Of a stretch of 64,000 nucleotides of DNA, positions 13,644 through 27,390 are shown piece after piece; the stretch's first letter is position 1; every line of letters starts with the position of its first letter. The notes under the pieces were generated by a model that was not told the origin of the DNA, did no database searches, and saw nothing but the letters and a program-made list of their open reading frames with translations. The stretch is from Octopus sinensis (Eukaryota), in the NCBI RefSeq assembly GCF_006345805.1, contig NC_043000.1, positions 45,694,001 through 45,758,000 of the forward strand, given 5' to 3'. A program made the translations under genes and the position numbers.

Positions 13644-14148
13644 GGCAGTGGCTCTCATGGCTTCTGATCTTAACTGATTGGAAGTGCTATCATGTACATT
13701 GTTTTGTCTCAGCATAAAAGATGGGCTACAGCAAATATTCTGCTCAATACCACAGATTTGCTTGTCAGTTGTTTGACCTTAACCAGTTGAGCATGTCCTT
13801 TAGTGGATGATGATATGTGCATCTCTGATCATGAGCAGTAGTGGAGGAGCATCATAGCCATGTGTCGATAGGGATTCTTTGGGTGTTTTGTTCAACGTTC
13901 TTAAACAACCCTTATTCAGGGACCTTTTGAGCGGGATGGGTTACTCGACCAGGAGAAAATTCTAACTGGGCCCCACCTGCAAGGTCATGCGCTGTTTATC
14001 TTGATATAAGATCACCATGTCACGCACATGTGGTTGTGATGCATGTGCCTAGTGTACCCTTATCAGACTGGTAGTCATGATGGGTATCCTGGGCTTTGTA
14101 TATTTTTACCCCAGTGTCACTTTGATGGCATGCGCTGCTCTCTCACTC
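13644..14148 (+). mobile_element. ~560-bp non-coding interspersed element flanked by (TAA)n, 5'-truncated copy
   Basis: Reverse complement of the units at 22837-24590; lacks the first ~20 nt and ends in CACTC-(AAT)n. Confidence 0.85.
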
Positions 14149-14183
<35 letters not shown>

Positions 14184-14261
14184 TAATAATCATAATAATA
14201 ATAATAATAATAATAATATTAACGACAACAACAAGAACAATAGTATGATTATAATAATAAT

Positions 14262-14680
14262 CCTTTCTACTATAGGTACAACACCTGAAGTTGATTACAT
14301 CGATGCCAAAGCTTAACTGGTACTTATTTCATCGATCCTGAAAGGATGGAAGGCAAAACTGAACTTGGCAGGATTTGAACAAAGAATATAAAACTGGACA
14401 AAATGCTACTGAGCATTTTGCCCAACGTGTTACCAAATCTACCAACTTGCCACCTTAAAATATAATGGTAATAATAGTAATATTTTCAAATTTTGGCACA
14501 AAAGCAGTAATGTCGGAGAGGGAGTAAGTTGGTTAGTTTGATCCCAATGTTTAACTGGTACTTATTTTATTGAACCCTGGACAGATGGAAGGGAAAGTTG
14601 ACCTCAGTGGAATTTAAACTCAAAACTTAAAACAGACAAATTGCCCACTGTGCCAACGATTCCACCATCTTGCCTCCTTA
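14262..14680 (-). mobile_element. Two adjacent degenerate copies of the tRNA-derived SINE with the TCATCCTTTCGGGGTCGATAAA core (14262-14458, 14483-14680)
   Basis: Align by eye to the young copy at 45448-45680. Confidence 0.75.
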
Positions 14681-14756
14681 ATAATAATAATAATAGCAGT
14701 ATTGATGATGATGACTACAATGCTGAGGATGTTGTTGTTTTGTTATTATTATTGTT

Positions 14757-14961
14757 ATAAGCTGGCAGAATCATAGCAGGCAAAATGCTTAGCAGCATTT
14801 TATCTGTCCTTATGTCCTGAGTTCAAATTCCGCCACGGTTGACTTTGCTTTTCATCCTTTTAGGGTCGATAAATTAAGTACCAGTTGCGTACTGGGGTCG
14901 ATCTAATTGACTGACCCTCTCCCCCAAAATTTCAGGCCTTCCTTGTGCCTATAGTATAAAG
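14757..14961 (+). mobile_element. Same SINE family, opposite orientation
   Basis: GCTGGCAGAATC box A region, GAGTTCAAATTCC box B, core TTTCATCCTTTTAGGGTCGATAAATTAAGTACCAG. Confidence 0.85.
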
Positions 14962-15814
14962 CATTATTATTATTGTTATAGCAGCAACAGAGTAGTAGTA
15001 GTAGTAGTAGTGGTAGTAGTAGTAGTAGTAGTATCATTATTATTAGTAGTAGTAGTAGTAGCAGCATCAGCAGCAGCAGCAGCTGGAGTTGTGGCAACTG
15101 CAGCAGCCAACTATTTCTGCAGCTAGGTGAACTATGGGCAATACAGAATCAATTGTCATAATTCAAAGAAACCACATTTTATGCTTTGGCAATTGTTTTT
15201 GCTTCTAATATTCATGCAAGCCATCCTAATATTCATATATTGTATTAGTTTTATTTTATATGGATATATATGTGTGTTTCACAACAAACTGTGTTTTTGA
15301 ATTTATGTATAATTCAACAAATTATTTGTTAATATAAAATTGTATGTAGAGATACAGCTGAATTGGAAATGTGACAACAGAGATATGCAAGAATATTTAT
15401 AAATGCTTTTAGATTTATTTCACAATTACAATCCTGTTTAAACCATTGCAAATATTCGTGTACAGGATTTCAAATATCGTTCTGAATTGATTGAATGCAT
15501 AATAGCAAGGAAAAAAAATTACAAAAATAGTTGTAAAAGTACTTATTCCAAAACTATGTAAATGCCCAACTGTACAAGACCTATAAATGCACCTATGCTT
15601 CAATGGGCATGGAAACAGGAATATAAAACATTTATGCACAAAGCAAAAAAAGTTTTGAAATGTTTCATGCATAATTCGAAAGGTTACAAACTATCAGACT
15701 TTTCATTTTTACATACATATGTACATACATTATAAAACATGAACACAAAGACGCACATATTTGTACACACATTTTAATATATATATATGTGTATGTGTAT
15801 GTATGTGTGGGTGT

Positions 15815-15848
<34 letters not shown>

Positions 15849-16860
15849 ATGTGTGTTATATACAGACATATGCACTCAGATACACAAACATACAACATAT
15901 ACAATGAAATTACAATTGGAATACAGGAAATGATTTAAATATTTATTCAATCTACTAAGGGGAGTAAATATGGAACATGGAAACATGGATATAAATGTGT
16001 TAGAGGCAAAAATGGCAAAAACAAAATAAAGATTTTGAGATGTGTCACACTTTATTCCAAAGGTTACAAACTATTACACTTTTCATACATGTACACATAA
16101 GCAATGAGATTAAGAGAAAAATTACTAGAGGAATACGGGAAACAGTTTAAATATTTAGCCCGTCTGCTAAGGAGAGTAAATGTAGAAACTATTTTAAGCC
16201 TCTATCCAGACATTCGAAATGTGTTTTCTTTCACATCTCTGAATAGGTTTCCTAGCGTATTGAATAATTGAACAGAAAACATGTAAAAGCAGACGTCTGA
16301 AATGAAGTTAGAGCAAAGATATTTTGAAGTGTCTGTTGATAAGTTGTATATTGATTGTACAAGGTGCAAAAATGTTACTCCATTTTGGTAAATCTGACAA
16401 TAAAGTGTCCTTCATGATTGGAAGTGGTGGAAATATGATAACAGAGTGCATGACCAAATTTACTATGATATGTCTGTATTCAGAGATGACGTGTCTCTCT
16501 GAGGTCAGCTGTACTTTCCATCTTTCTGGGGATTGAAGAAAGTGAGTACCAGATATCTAATGGTGTAAAATTGAAATTGACAACACCAAAAAATTTCACA
16601 GCAGTGTGCTAATCTGAGAAATCCTCCTCGTCTTTCCCCTTGTCATCATCCTCTGCAGGAGGAGGAGGGGGAGGAGGAATGACAGAATTGTTAGTGTGGT
16701 AATATTTAATTGCATCCTTTATATTCTGAGTTCAAATGCTGCTGAAAAATATCCCCTTCTTGAGGTCAATAAAACAAGTACCAACCAAGCACTGGACAGT
16801 TATATATGGCTTTAGCCCTTCTCATAAATAAAAAAAACCTTGTGCATATGTAGGAAATGG

Positions 16861-16906
<46 letters not shown>

Positions 16907-16926
16907 GGTGATGGTGACAGTAGTAG

Positions 16927-17106
16927 TTTCAAATTTTGGCACAAAGCCAGAAATTTTGAGAGAGGTGGTTAGTTGATTACATCAACTCCAGGGCTCAACT
17001 GGTATTTATTTTATCAATTCCAAAAGGATGAAAAGCAAAGTCGACCATAAAACTATTTGAACTCAGAACATAACATCAGAAGTAAAAGTGCCACTGAGCA
17101 TTTTGC
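16927..17106 (-). mobile_element. SINE of the same family, truncated at the RTE junction
   Basis: Aligns to 45448-45680 and stops at GCATTTTGC. Confidence 0.75.
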
Positions 17107-17423
17107 AGCTGTGCCTCTATGGCAGCAATGAGTGTGCAGTCATCTGTGAACAGGAAATTGTGCACTGTGTTCTCTTCCAGCTTAGTCTTGACCTGTAGCC
17201 TTCACAGGTCGAAGATTCTGCCATCAGACCTGAATCTGATCTTTGTTCTGGTTTTATCATCGCTGTAGAAGGAATCTGACTGCATGGTCGAGAAAATCGT
17301 GCTTAACAGCTTAGGTACATGTAGACAGCCCTGCTTGACTCCATTAGTGACTGGGAATGTGTCAGAAAAATCTCCACTGTTCACTACTTGAGCGAGCATG
17401 TCATCATGAAACTGATGCATCAT
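17101..17423 (-). mobile_element. RTE (BovB-like) reverse transcriptase fragment, inverted 5' segment
   Basis: HQFHDDM...FPVTNGVKQGC...IRFRSDGRIFDL, continuing to FLFTDDC (catalytic xADD motif) and EAQLQ. Confidence 0.9.
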
Positions 17424-17968
17424 ACTAATGAATTTGGCTTCACAATTAGAAGACAGATGTCATGCACCAACCTGCCCTGCAGAAGCCATATGTGGAACCA
17501 ACTATCACTGTTAAGGGGAAACCCTGAAGGTTGTTGATATGTTCACATACCACTAGTAGCACACTCTTCAGATCTGTGAACATTGATTATAAGGTCCATA
17601 TGCACCTCACCAGGAGAAGCTCAACATTCGAGTGAATCAGTATGGGAGAGGAGGGGCATTGCTCAGGCCACCAGGAAGAAAGGGTCCCAAGCAGTTGTAC
17701 TACCTATGCTATTGTACGCCTGAAAGATTTGGATGTCTTATGACTGTCATGACAAAAAGTTAAACCACTTTCATATGAACTGCTGAAAAAGCTGTTGTAG
17801 ATTACTTGGCAGGACAAGGTCCCAGATACAGAGGTCCCCTCTTGAGGTGATCTGCCAGGCATTTAAATACTGCTGAGAAGAGCACAAGTCAAGTGGAAAG
17901 GCCACCTTGTTTGAATGCCTGACATGTGACACCCTAAGAGACTGTTTTACAGTGAACTGAAGAAAGGC
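17424..17968 (+). mobile_element. RTE (BovB-like) post-RT segment, frameshifted
   Basis: NEFGFTI, KTDVMHQPALQKPYVEPTITVKG, AVVLPMLLYA, ITWQDKVPDTEV, WKGHLV, PKRLFYSELKKG. Confidence 0.88.
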
Positions 17969-18622
17969 AATAAATTGGATGAAACCATTGCTCATATCAC
18001 AAACGAATGCCCTAGACTTGCTCAAAACCACTACAGGTTGTTGCAGCATGATCAGGTAGTGAAGGTGCTACATTGGAAGCTCTATGAAAAGAGGGGGCTA
18101 GAGAGAGGCAAGACATGGTATGAGCATAAGCCACAGAGAGTGGCAGAGTTGGAGACTAGCAAAATCCTCTGGGATTTCCCAATCCAAACAGATCAGGTGC
18201 TAGAGCATAACAGACCAGACCTAGTGGTGGTGGACACGATGCACCATTCATGCTATATAGTTGATGCTGCATGACCCTTTGACCCACGAATAGCCAAGAA
18301 GGAAGGTGAAAAGATGGATAAATATAACCCACTTAAGTACAAAATAGCCCAGCTATGGAAAATGACAGTGAAGATAGTGCCAATTATTGTTGGGTCCTTG
18401 GGAACAGTATCAGAAGGCATCAAGTGGAATATAAAGGAAATTAGAATAGAGTGCCCAGTAGAACTGTTACAAAAGGTTTGCCTCCTTAGCGCAACCAGAA
18501 TAATCAGGAAAGTGTTAGATAGTTGAAAAGAATGGATAGCATGGTACCGTAGGCTGCAGGTAGCAAGCCTGCTATGCATGTAAGACTCCAGGAGCTCTAA
18601 TAAACCCTGAGATAAGGAGAAA
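17969..18622 (+). mobile_element. 5'-truncated R4/Dong-clade retrotransposon (RLE domain)
   Basis: DETIAHITNEC...HDQVVKVLHWKL...ILWDFPIQTDQVLEHNRPDLVVVD...VPIIVGSLG...ATRIIRKVLDS*. Followed by a long (TGA)/(TAA)n tract. Confidence 0.92.
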
Positions 18623-18624
18623 TA

Positions 18625-18627
18625 ATA

Positions 18628-18659
<32 letters not shown>

Positions 18660-18743
18660 AATGATGACTGTAATGATGATGACTACAAGTAATAAATAAT
18701 AATAATAATAATAGTAATAATAATAATAATAATAGTAATAGTA

Positions 18744-18797
<54 letters not shown>

Positions 18798-18806
18798 GCA
18801 ATGATG

Positions 18807-18846
<40 letters not shown>

Positions 18847-18848
18847 TA
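18625..18848. repeat. (TAA/TGA/TAG)n microsatellite; other (AAT)n tracts at about 12720-12777, 14149-14250, 22685-22836, 24591-24695 and 44028-44218
   Basis: Direct trinucleotide repeats. Confidence 0.97.
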
Positions 18849-18962
18849 ACAAAGCACTCAGAGAGTGCAGACCTTCACCAAAGCAGCACCAATGATTAGC
18901 CAGAGATGATTTTTTTAAATGAATAATCCAGAATCCTTGTCCGGTAAATCTGATCGATCCCA
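18848..18962 (+). mobile_element. Helentron-associated (HINE/DINE-1-like) element, one end
   Basis: ACAAAGCACTCAGAGAG followed by a degenerate ACCTCCGCC-type subterminal repeat. Family assignment from memory. Confidence 0.45.
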
Positions 18963-19591
18963 ATAGTAGACATGGTATGTGAAGGTGGGTGTGCGGACCA
19001 TATTTATAATGCTGTTTGTTTGGCATCTGCAGCGGTAAAAAGGACAGTTTTCTCTATGAAGGCCTTTTTTAGTCTATCTGCTGATATAATCTCTTTATGA
19101 CTATAGTGAAAATTTTAGTCTATCCACTGATATAGTGTCTTTATGACTATAGTGAAAAATTTATCTGTGCATGAAAGAAAAGAGAAAGGACATACACACG
19201 ATGCTGTTAACAGAGGTTTAACAGTCCAATAAGTAATGCTTCCTTTAAGGCAGAGCTAGAAATGCAATTGTCAAGTAGGTAAAAAGTTTTAAACAGGAGT
19301 GATATATTCAAAATTGGTAAAAGTAAAATTTGTCAAGGATAAAGTGAAATAATTATTGTTCCTGAATATGTTAGTGTTATTTAATTTCTGAACGGTTTTG
19401 CTGTCGTTTGTTTATGTAGTTCGATTTCTTTATCCATCAGTTTCTACTAAAATAGAGATGCAAATAAAATTAAGAATAGGGAAATGAAAATAAAACTATG
19501 GAAACCAGGAGTGTGCTTTCAAGGGAGATAATTAGAGAAAGACTTGAACGTAAGATCATATTTCTTTATGTAAATAAAGTTAATATAACAA

Positions 19592-19782
19592 ATGATCCAG
19601 AATCCTTGTTCCGTACCAGATTGATCCCAAAATCTCATCAGTTTGTGCCAGTCATGAGGCCAAACATTTCTGAAAGTTTCATCTGAATCTATCCAGCAGT
19701 TTTTGAGATATCTTGTCCACGGACAAACAAACAAACAAACACACTGAAAACAATTTCTCCACCTTAGTGAAAATGGAGGCAA
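19592..19782 (+). mobile_element. Helentron-associated (HINE/DINE-1-like) element, other end
   Basis: Conserved core, (ACAA)n microsatellite and terminal hairpin remnant CTCCACC...TGGAGG. Confidence 0.5.
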
Positions 19783-19811
19783 TAACAATAACAATAATAT
19801 TAATAATAAGA

Positions 19812-20995
19812 ATACTTTCTTTATTGGACACCAGGGCCGAACACAAAACATAGGGAATGATGCACAGACGAAGAACATTGAGGTTAAATGTGTAAAAAGC
19901 AAACGAAAACAATGATTAACAAAGAGATTAAATCAACAATATGCTTCCCTGATAGGGGTGAATTCCACCGTAAGGTGACCAAAGAGACCTCACACCTTTT
20001 GAACTTCTCAACACCAACAGTTCCTCAGGAAGGTACCCTCTCCTCTCCCTTCCATGTGGCCTACAGTTGCACACTTAGAGCAGGCCCATTCACGTGGGCC
20101 ATTCCTACCCTGTTCAACCACCATTCAATGAACTTACTGGGTGGCAGTACCTCCCTCCTCAGCCTCAGTTTCCTTTTCAGTTGGAATCTGGAAAAGTCAA
20201 TGAGGCCTTAGCCAAAGAGGAAGGTACTCATTTCCAACCCTTTCAATCGCGTTAACAACACAACCTCTTTTGCCATAACCATCAGACGGGGAAAAATTGT
20301 TCTCCCTTCCCGGCCAAAGGAAGGAGGCAGAGTGATCTTCACAATAGACTCAGACAATAGTCGGATCTGTCCTACATGTGACAATAACTGTTCGACAATT
20401 CTCCACAAATGAGCAATGCACAGACACTGTACGACAGCATGCAGAACTGTTTTATCGCTCCACATGCATCTCAGACAAGCCCAACTGACTGTACTCCCGT
20501 GACTGTAGAGCTTATCCCAAACTGGCAGCATCCCCTGGTAGCACTGCCAGGGTAGGAATTTCTGGAAGTTATCCAAAGTTCCCAGCCCAAAAGTTCTCTG
20601 GAAGACACCAGCCAGTTGATACCCCCTGATGCTCAGGACCTCTCGAGTATGTCTTCGCTCTTGACCTCCACTAATCCCCTATAGAACTCTAAGATGAAAG
20701 TTCCACTGACCACATTTCCCAACTGGTCCAGAGCTGTGAGTGCTTGGAGAAACTCTTGATGCCAAGCACCCTGCCTCAGTCTATGCCTGATCCAGGACTG
20801 TAGCTCTGTCAAGGAGATGAGCTACAGAAATATGCATTCAACAAACGTCAACCACAGATGCTCACCATTGAGGTGTCGCTGGAGATGTTACAGCCTCAGT
20901 GCATGTCTGCACATCCTCAGCCACGACATGCCCAGTCCTCAGCGCAATGGCCACTGACAGCAAATGGACTATCTGAGAAGCAGAAGCGCAAACAC
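19812..20995 (-). mobile_element. Tx1/L1-clade LINE 3' fragment
   Basis: WQCYQGMLPVWDKL...CLRCMWSDKTVLHAVVQC (CCHC knuckle) continuing to the ORF end, 3' UTR, and AATAAA at 19820-19825 on the minus strand. Confidence 0.75.
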
Positions 20996-21029
20996 ACCAG
21001 CCCATTCTGTCATTAAGAGGGGCAAAGGA

Positions 21030-21254
21030 TGACAGTTAGGCAGTAGTTTATTATTCTCAGGGAATTCAGCATGACACTGAATGTGATAAGGCTGGCCCTT
21101 TGGGATACAGATACTACTCGTTTTTGCCAGCTGAATTGACTGGGGCAATGTGAAATAAAGTGTCTTGCTCAAGGATACAATGTGTCACACGGAATTGAAC
21201 ACACAACCTTATGATCATGAAATGAACACCCTATCCACTAAGCCACACACCTTT
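21030..21254 (-). mobile_element. tRNA-derived CORE-like SINE
   Basis: Head aligns to 3400-3525. Confidence 0.7.
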
Positions 21255-21417
21255 GCTAATCGGGGGTAATGTTATCAAGGCAGTCATTGCACTGGCGATG
21301 CTAGTACTGAGACACTCCACTCCTTTTCTAAATTAGACAAAACCAGAGATATAGGAAACAGATATAAGAACTAGGAAGCTACTCACTTTGCACAATGTAT
21401 ATACCTTAAAAGTAATA

Positions 21418-21648
21418 TCTATTTCTATATTGCCCACAGGGGGAAAAACATAGAAGGAACAAACAAAGACAGACAGATTAAGTCAATTACATCGACCCCA
21501 GTGCATAATTGGTACTTATTTTATCGACCCTGAATGGATGAAAGGCAAACTTGACCCCGGTGAAATTTGAACTCAGAACATAATGGCAGTCGAAATACCA
21601 CTAAGCATTTCGCCCAGCATGCTAACGATTCTGTCAGCTTGCTGCCCT
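21418..21648 (-). mobile_element. Near full-length SINE, same family as 45448-45680
   Basis: Collinear similarity along its whole length. Confidence 0.88.
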
Positions 21649-21669
21649 AAAAGTAATATTGACAGACTC

Positions 21670-22680
21670 TACCTACCAAGAAAGGAATGAAGCAGAGGTT
21701 TGTTAAATGCAAAAAACACCATCTTTTCTACAATACTAGGTTTTAAACACCATGCTATGTATTGTGAAAAAAGAGTAAGGCAGCCAGAAATATCCAAAAA
21801 GTCATTGAAACAGAAAGACATTTCAAGAATATTTGAAAAGAGGAACAATTACATGGGTAATTCTTGCAATTACATGGGTAATTCTTGCAAAAAAAAAAAA
21901 AAAGGATATTGGAAGTAAAGAATGCTGGTTGTGGATGATAGATGGAAACCTGAAATGAGAAACTGAATTACTAAATGTAGCCGCTCAGGAACAAGCCATT
22001 CTAAGGAATTTTGATAAAGAGAAAGACAGCTGAAATTCGGTCTGAGAGAAAAATACAGGGTTTGTGGTAAAGGCAAAAATATTAACCGTCTCATAAGTGA
22101 ATGCAGTAAGCTAGTAGAAAAAAACTATAAGTGCAAGCATAACTGTATCGATAAAAGAGTGCATTGTGATGTTAACCAAGTGTGCGGATTGAAAGTGACA
22201 AAGAAGTGATGTGATATGAACGCAAGCCAGAAGCTGTGATGGTGAATAATAATTACAGAATTTTATGGGATTCTCCATAAAGATTGACCATGCTATTGAA
22301 GCAAAGAAACCAGATATGATCATAGAGAACAAAAAAAAAAAGTAAGATCATAGATTTTTGCCATACTATATGTGAGTGGGCATCAAAGAATATAAGAAAA
22401 TTGGGAAATAGCAGAACCTAGCAGAAGAGATGAAGAGATTGTGGATGATAAATGTGAGAATTTTTTTTGTGATAATTGGTGTTTGATGCACTTGGCACAA
22501 CACCCATGCTGCTACCTAAAAGGCTGAAGAATATTGGAACTCAGATATTCATTGTCAACCTGCAGAAAGATGCTATCCCATATTCTGCAAGAATCCTAAG
22601 ACACTTGGGATTTGACAAGACTTGGTACCAAATCTCAAGATAGTATCCTCACTAATTAAATTAGCATATGATAGTTCTAT
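21670..22680 (+). mobile_element. Degenerate 5'-truncated R4/Dong-clade retrotransposon
   Basis: ETELLNVAAQEQAI...CGKGKNINRLISECSKL...RILWD...IEAKKPDMII. 3' end runs into (AAT)n. Contains a 21-bp tandem duplication at 21846-21887. Confidence 0.8.
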
Positions 22681-22682
22681 AT

Positions 22683-22739
<57 letters not shown>

Positions 22740-22801
22740 GATGATGACGATCATGATCATGATCATCATGATCATGATCATCATCATCATCATAATCATC
22801 A

Positions 22802-24696
<1,895 letters not shown>

Positions 24697-26110
24697 TTTG
24701 ACATTTTAAAGTTTCATGCAGATTTCTAAGCATCAACTTCATTATCTCCGTCTTGCTGATATGTGTGCAGTATTGTGTGTTCCTTTTTGCTGTTGGGTGA
24801 GTGCAAACCTTTCCTAGTATTGTATTGCATCTGTTTTGTTTTGTTATGGGGTTTGGTAGCAGTCGTTTGTTGTATTAATGTTTATATTTATGCTGTGTGA
24901 AATAATGTGAGTTTTGATTTGTTGGGTAGAATACGTGTTGTAGGGGTTATTTAGTTCATTGGATATTTACTGTATAGAGTGTAATGTATCTGTGAATCCT
25001 TTTATTTGGGTTGTACCTGACAGTGTCTTGCATAGGAAGTGGGCTGTTCCTTGTATGACTATTTTTTTGGATAATGTGCAGTGTTGAGGGTCCAGATATA
25101 ACTTCTATGGTTTTGTTCATACATTTTTAACCACACAATGCTCCAGTTATTACTGGTACTGTTTTCATCTTCATGCCCCACGTCTTGAACACTTCAGTTT
25201 TGTGGGCTTTGTACTTTGACAACTTCTCCACTCCTTTATGGACAATATTTTGTTGAGAAGGGACTGCAATGTCAATCAGTAACCAGGTGCTTTTTTTCTT
25301 CTTTTCCAATCCTTGATTATTACATCTGGGCAATTAACATTTATTTCTTTGTCAGTTTGAACAAGCAGTTCCCAGATGACTGTGGTCTGGTTGTTTACAT
25401 GTGTCTTGGTTGGCACATATTTATACCATTTCTCATAAGTTTTTATGTTGTAGTGTTGGCATATAGTCCAGTAGATAAACTACTTACTTGGTCATGTCTG
25501 TATATCTATTCAGACTTGGCAAGGTCTGGACTGCCAGATATGATATAGTCAAATATCTCACTGTGCTGGTTGCACATTCTACATTTGGTGTTAGGTCCTA
25601 TTTCATTATTTTGCTTTTATAGTCGTTTGTGATCAGGCATTGGTCTTGTGCAGGGAGAAACAGTCCTTCTATTTCTGCTTTTAGTTCAGAACTTTAGAAT
25701 CATTGTTGGCTTTTACTTAGGCTCACTTCTTCTCTGCCGAGCCTTGTAGGGTATTGGCTATGGAGTGATTTTTCTATCCACTTCTTCTGTAGTATTTTTT
25801 GTTGTTCTGGTTTCATGTTGTTTTTTGCCTCCTTGACCATTTTTTGCTATGTTGTCATCTGAGATTAGCGCATCAGTGTAATTTGTTTCTATTTTGTATT
25901 TTGTTGCTCCATTGTCTATACATAAAAGTGTTTTCTTTTCTGTGTTGCTTTATTACATGTAGTAGTCTTCCACTTTTCGCTTCTAAATATCATCCTAGTC
26001 AACCGTTGTTATTTTATAATAGTTGCCTATCTGTATTAGGCTGTGACCTTCTGAGCAGGGTTGATGCATTCTGTCATGTCTACATTAAGGTGGTTACTTT
26101 GGTAGGCTGT
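24697..26110 (-). mobile_element. Degenerate R4-clade retrotransposon, second subfamily
   Basis: PAQDQCLITNDY, EKWYKY, VIWELLVQTDKEINVNCPDVIIKD, LLIDIAVP, TVPVITGAL. 3' UTR ends at (TAC)n(TAA)n. Confidence 0.8.
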
Positions 26111-26111
26111 T

Positions 26112-27390
26112 AAAGAAAGAACAGTATAATACTGGAGCTGAATGACTCTGCAATCTGAAGCATCAACTTCTTATCTGCAAGAACTTATCCTCTTTACTGA
26201 GAGCAGTATGAGAAATGTGAGTCACAAAATGAGCAATTGGAAAGCAGCATGACCTGATGATATACAGGGATTTTAGATAAAAAAAAAAGTTCATTAGGTA
26301 CCATAAATTGATTGTGGAGTAATTTAATGTCTTGATCGATGGAGAAGAAGAAATCCCAGTGTGGTTGGCCAAAGGATGAACAACTTGAAGGATTTATTGA
26401 AAGGAAATGCTGCTGACAATTACAGGCCAATTTATTGCCTTCCATTAATGTGGAAGTTACTGTCTAAAGGGATTGCAGGAGAAACGTACAAAGAGAAGCT
26501 GAAAAAGAAAAAAAAAAGCACGAAAAAAGAAATGACATGGGAAAGAAAAAATACAATGTCACATTGCAAGAGATGTGACTGCAAAGACAGTTAGAGAAGG
26601 CCAGTGATTAGGAATGTGAAGGAGTGACTTGAAGATAAAGATAGAAGCACTTACATGCATGGCACCAAGACAAGCATTTAGGACAAACTATGTGAAGTAC
26701 AGAATTGATAAAACAACTGACACCTACAAATGCATAATGTGTGGTGAGAAGGGCAAAACAGCATGGAATATTGTTATCAAGTGCTTGAAATTGGTATAAT
26801 GTAAATACAAAAGATTACATGATGCTGTAGCAAGAATGATCCACTGGGAACTTTGTGGAAATTATGTATGACTTAGAAGGATCAAAGATATGGATTGAAC
26901 AAATCCTAGAAGGAGTTACTGAGAATGAGGATTGCAAAATCCTAAGGGTTGCAATGATTCAGTGTGACTATCAGATTAAACATCAAAAATGTGATATTGT
27001 AGTGAGCAGAAAAGAAAACATATTTCTGGTAATTGATATGGCATATCCTGATGACCAAAAGATCGAAGAGAAAGAAGTAGTAAAGGTAAACAACTACGAT
27101 GAACTGAAGTGGGAAATATGTAGATTGTGGGCAACAAAGGAAGTGGAAATAATACCAATAGTGACTGGTGCACTTGAAAGTATCAGTACCCAACAACCAG
27201 CATAGCTCCAAAAGATTGGAATGAGTGTAAAAATAAAACACCTGCAAAAACCATCATTATTGCAAGAGTACTCTACAGGGTTTTTATAGCATGTTCAGTA
27301 AACAAGTGTTACCTAAATCTGATGACTGTGGACATCTGACACTTTCCTTTGTGCCCAGCAAAATAAAGCTGTGAATTTTCATGCTATAAT
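26112..27390 (+). mobile_element. 5'-truncated, internally deleted R4/Dong-clade retrotransposon
   Basis: MSNWKAA*PDDIQGF, KGNAADNYRPIYCLPLMWKLL (RT start), then a deletion to RTNYVKYRIDK...HDAVARMIHWELCG...VIDMAYPDDQKIEEKE...IPIVTGAL. TAA-like tail. Confidence 0.88.

Noticed and set aside
18253-19026. Longest ORF in the track (257 aa, poly-Leu/His) and the many MYVC, YIYI and poly-N/D ORFs
   Set aside because: They are translations of microsatellites or antisense frames of transposon remnants, with no domain content.
24728-26176. Direct repeat AAGCATCAACTTC(A)TTATCT at 24728-24747 and 26158-26176 as a TSD of the minus R4 copy
   Set aside because: The right copy lies inside coding sequence of the plus R4 element (NTGAE*LCNLKHQL) and the left copy is within the minus element's 3' UTR, so neither marks a boundary.
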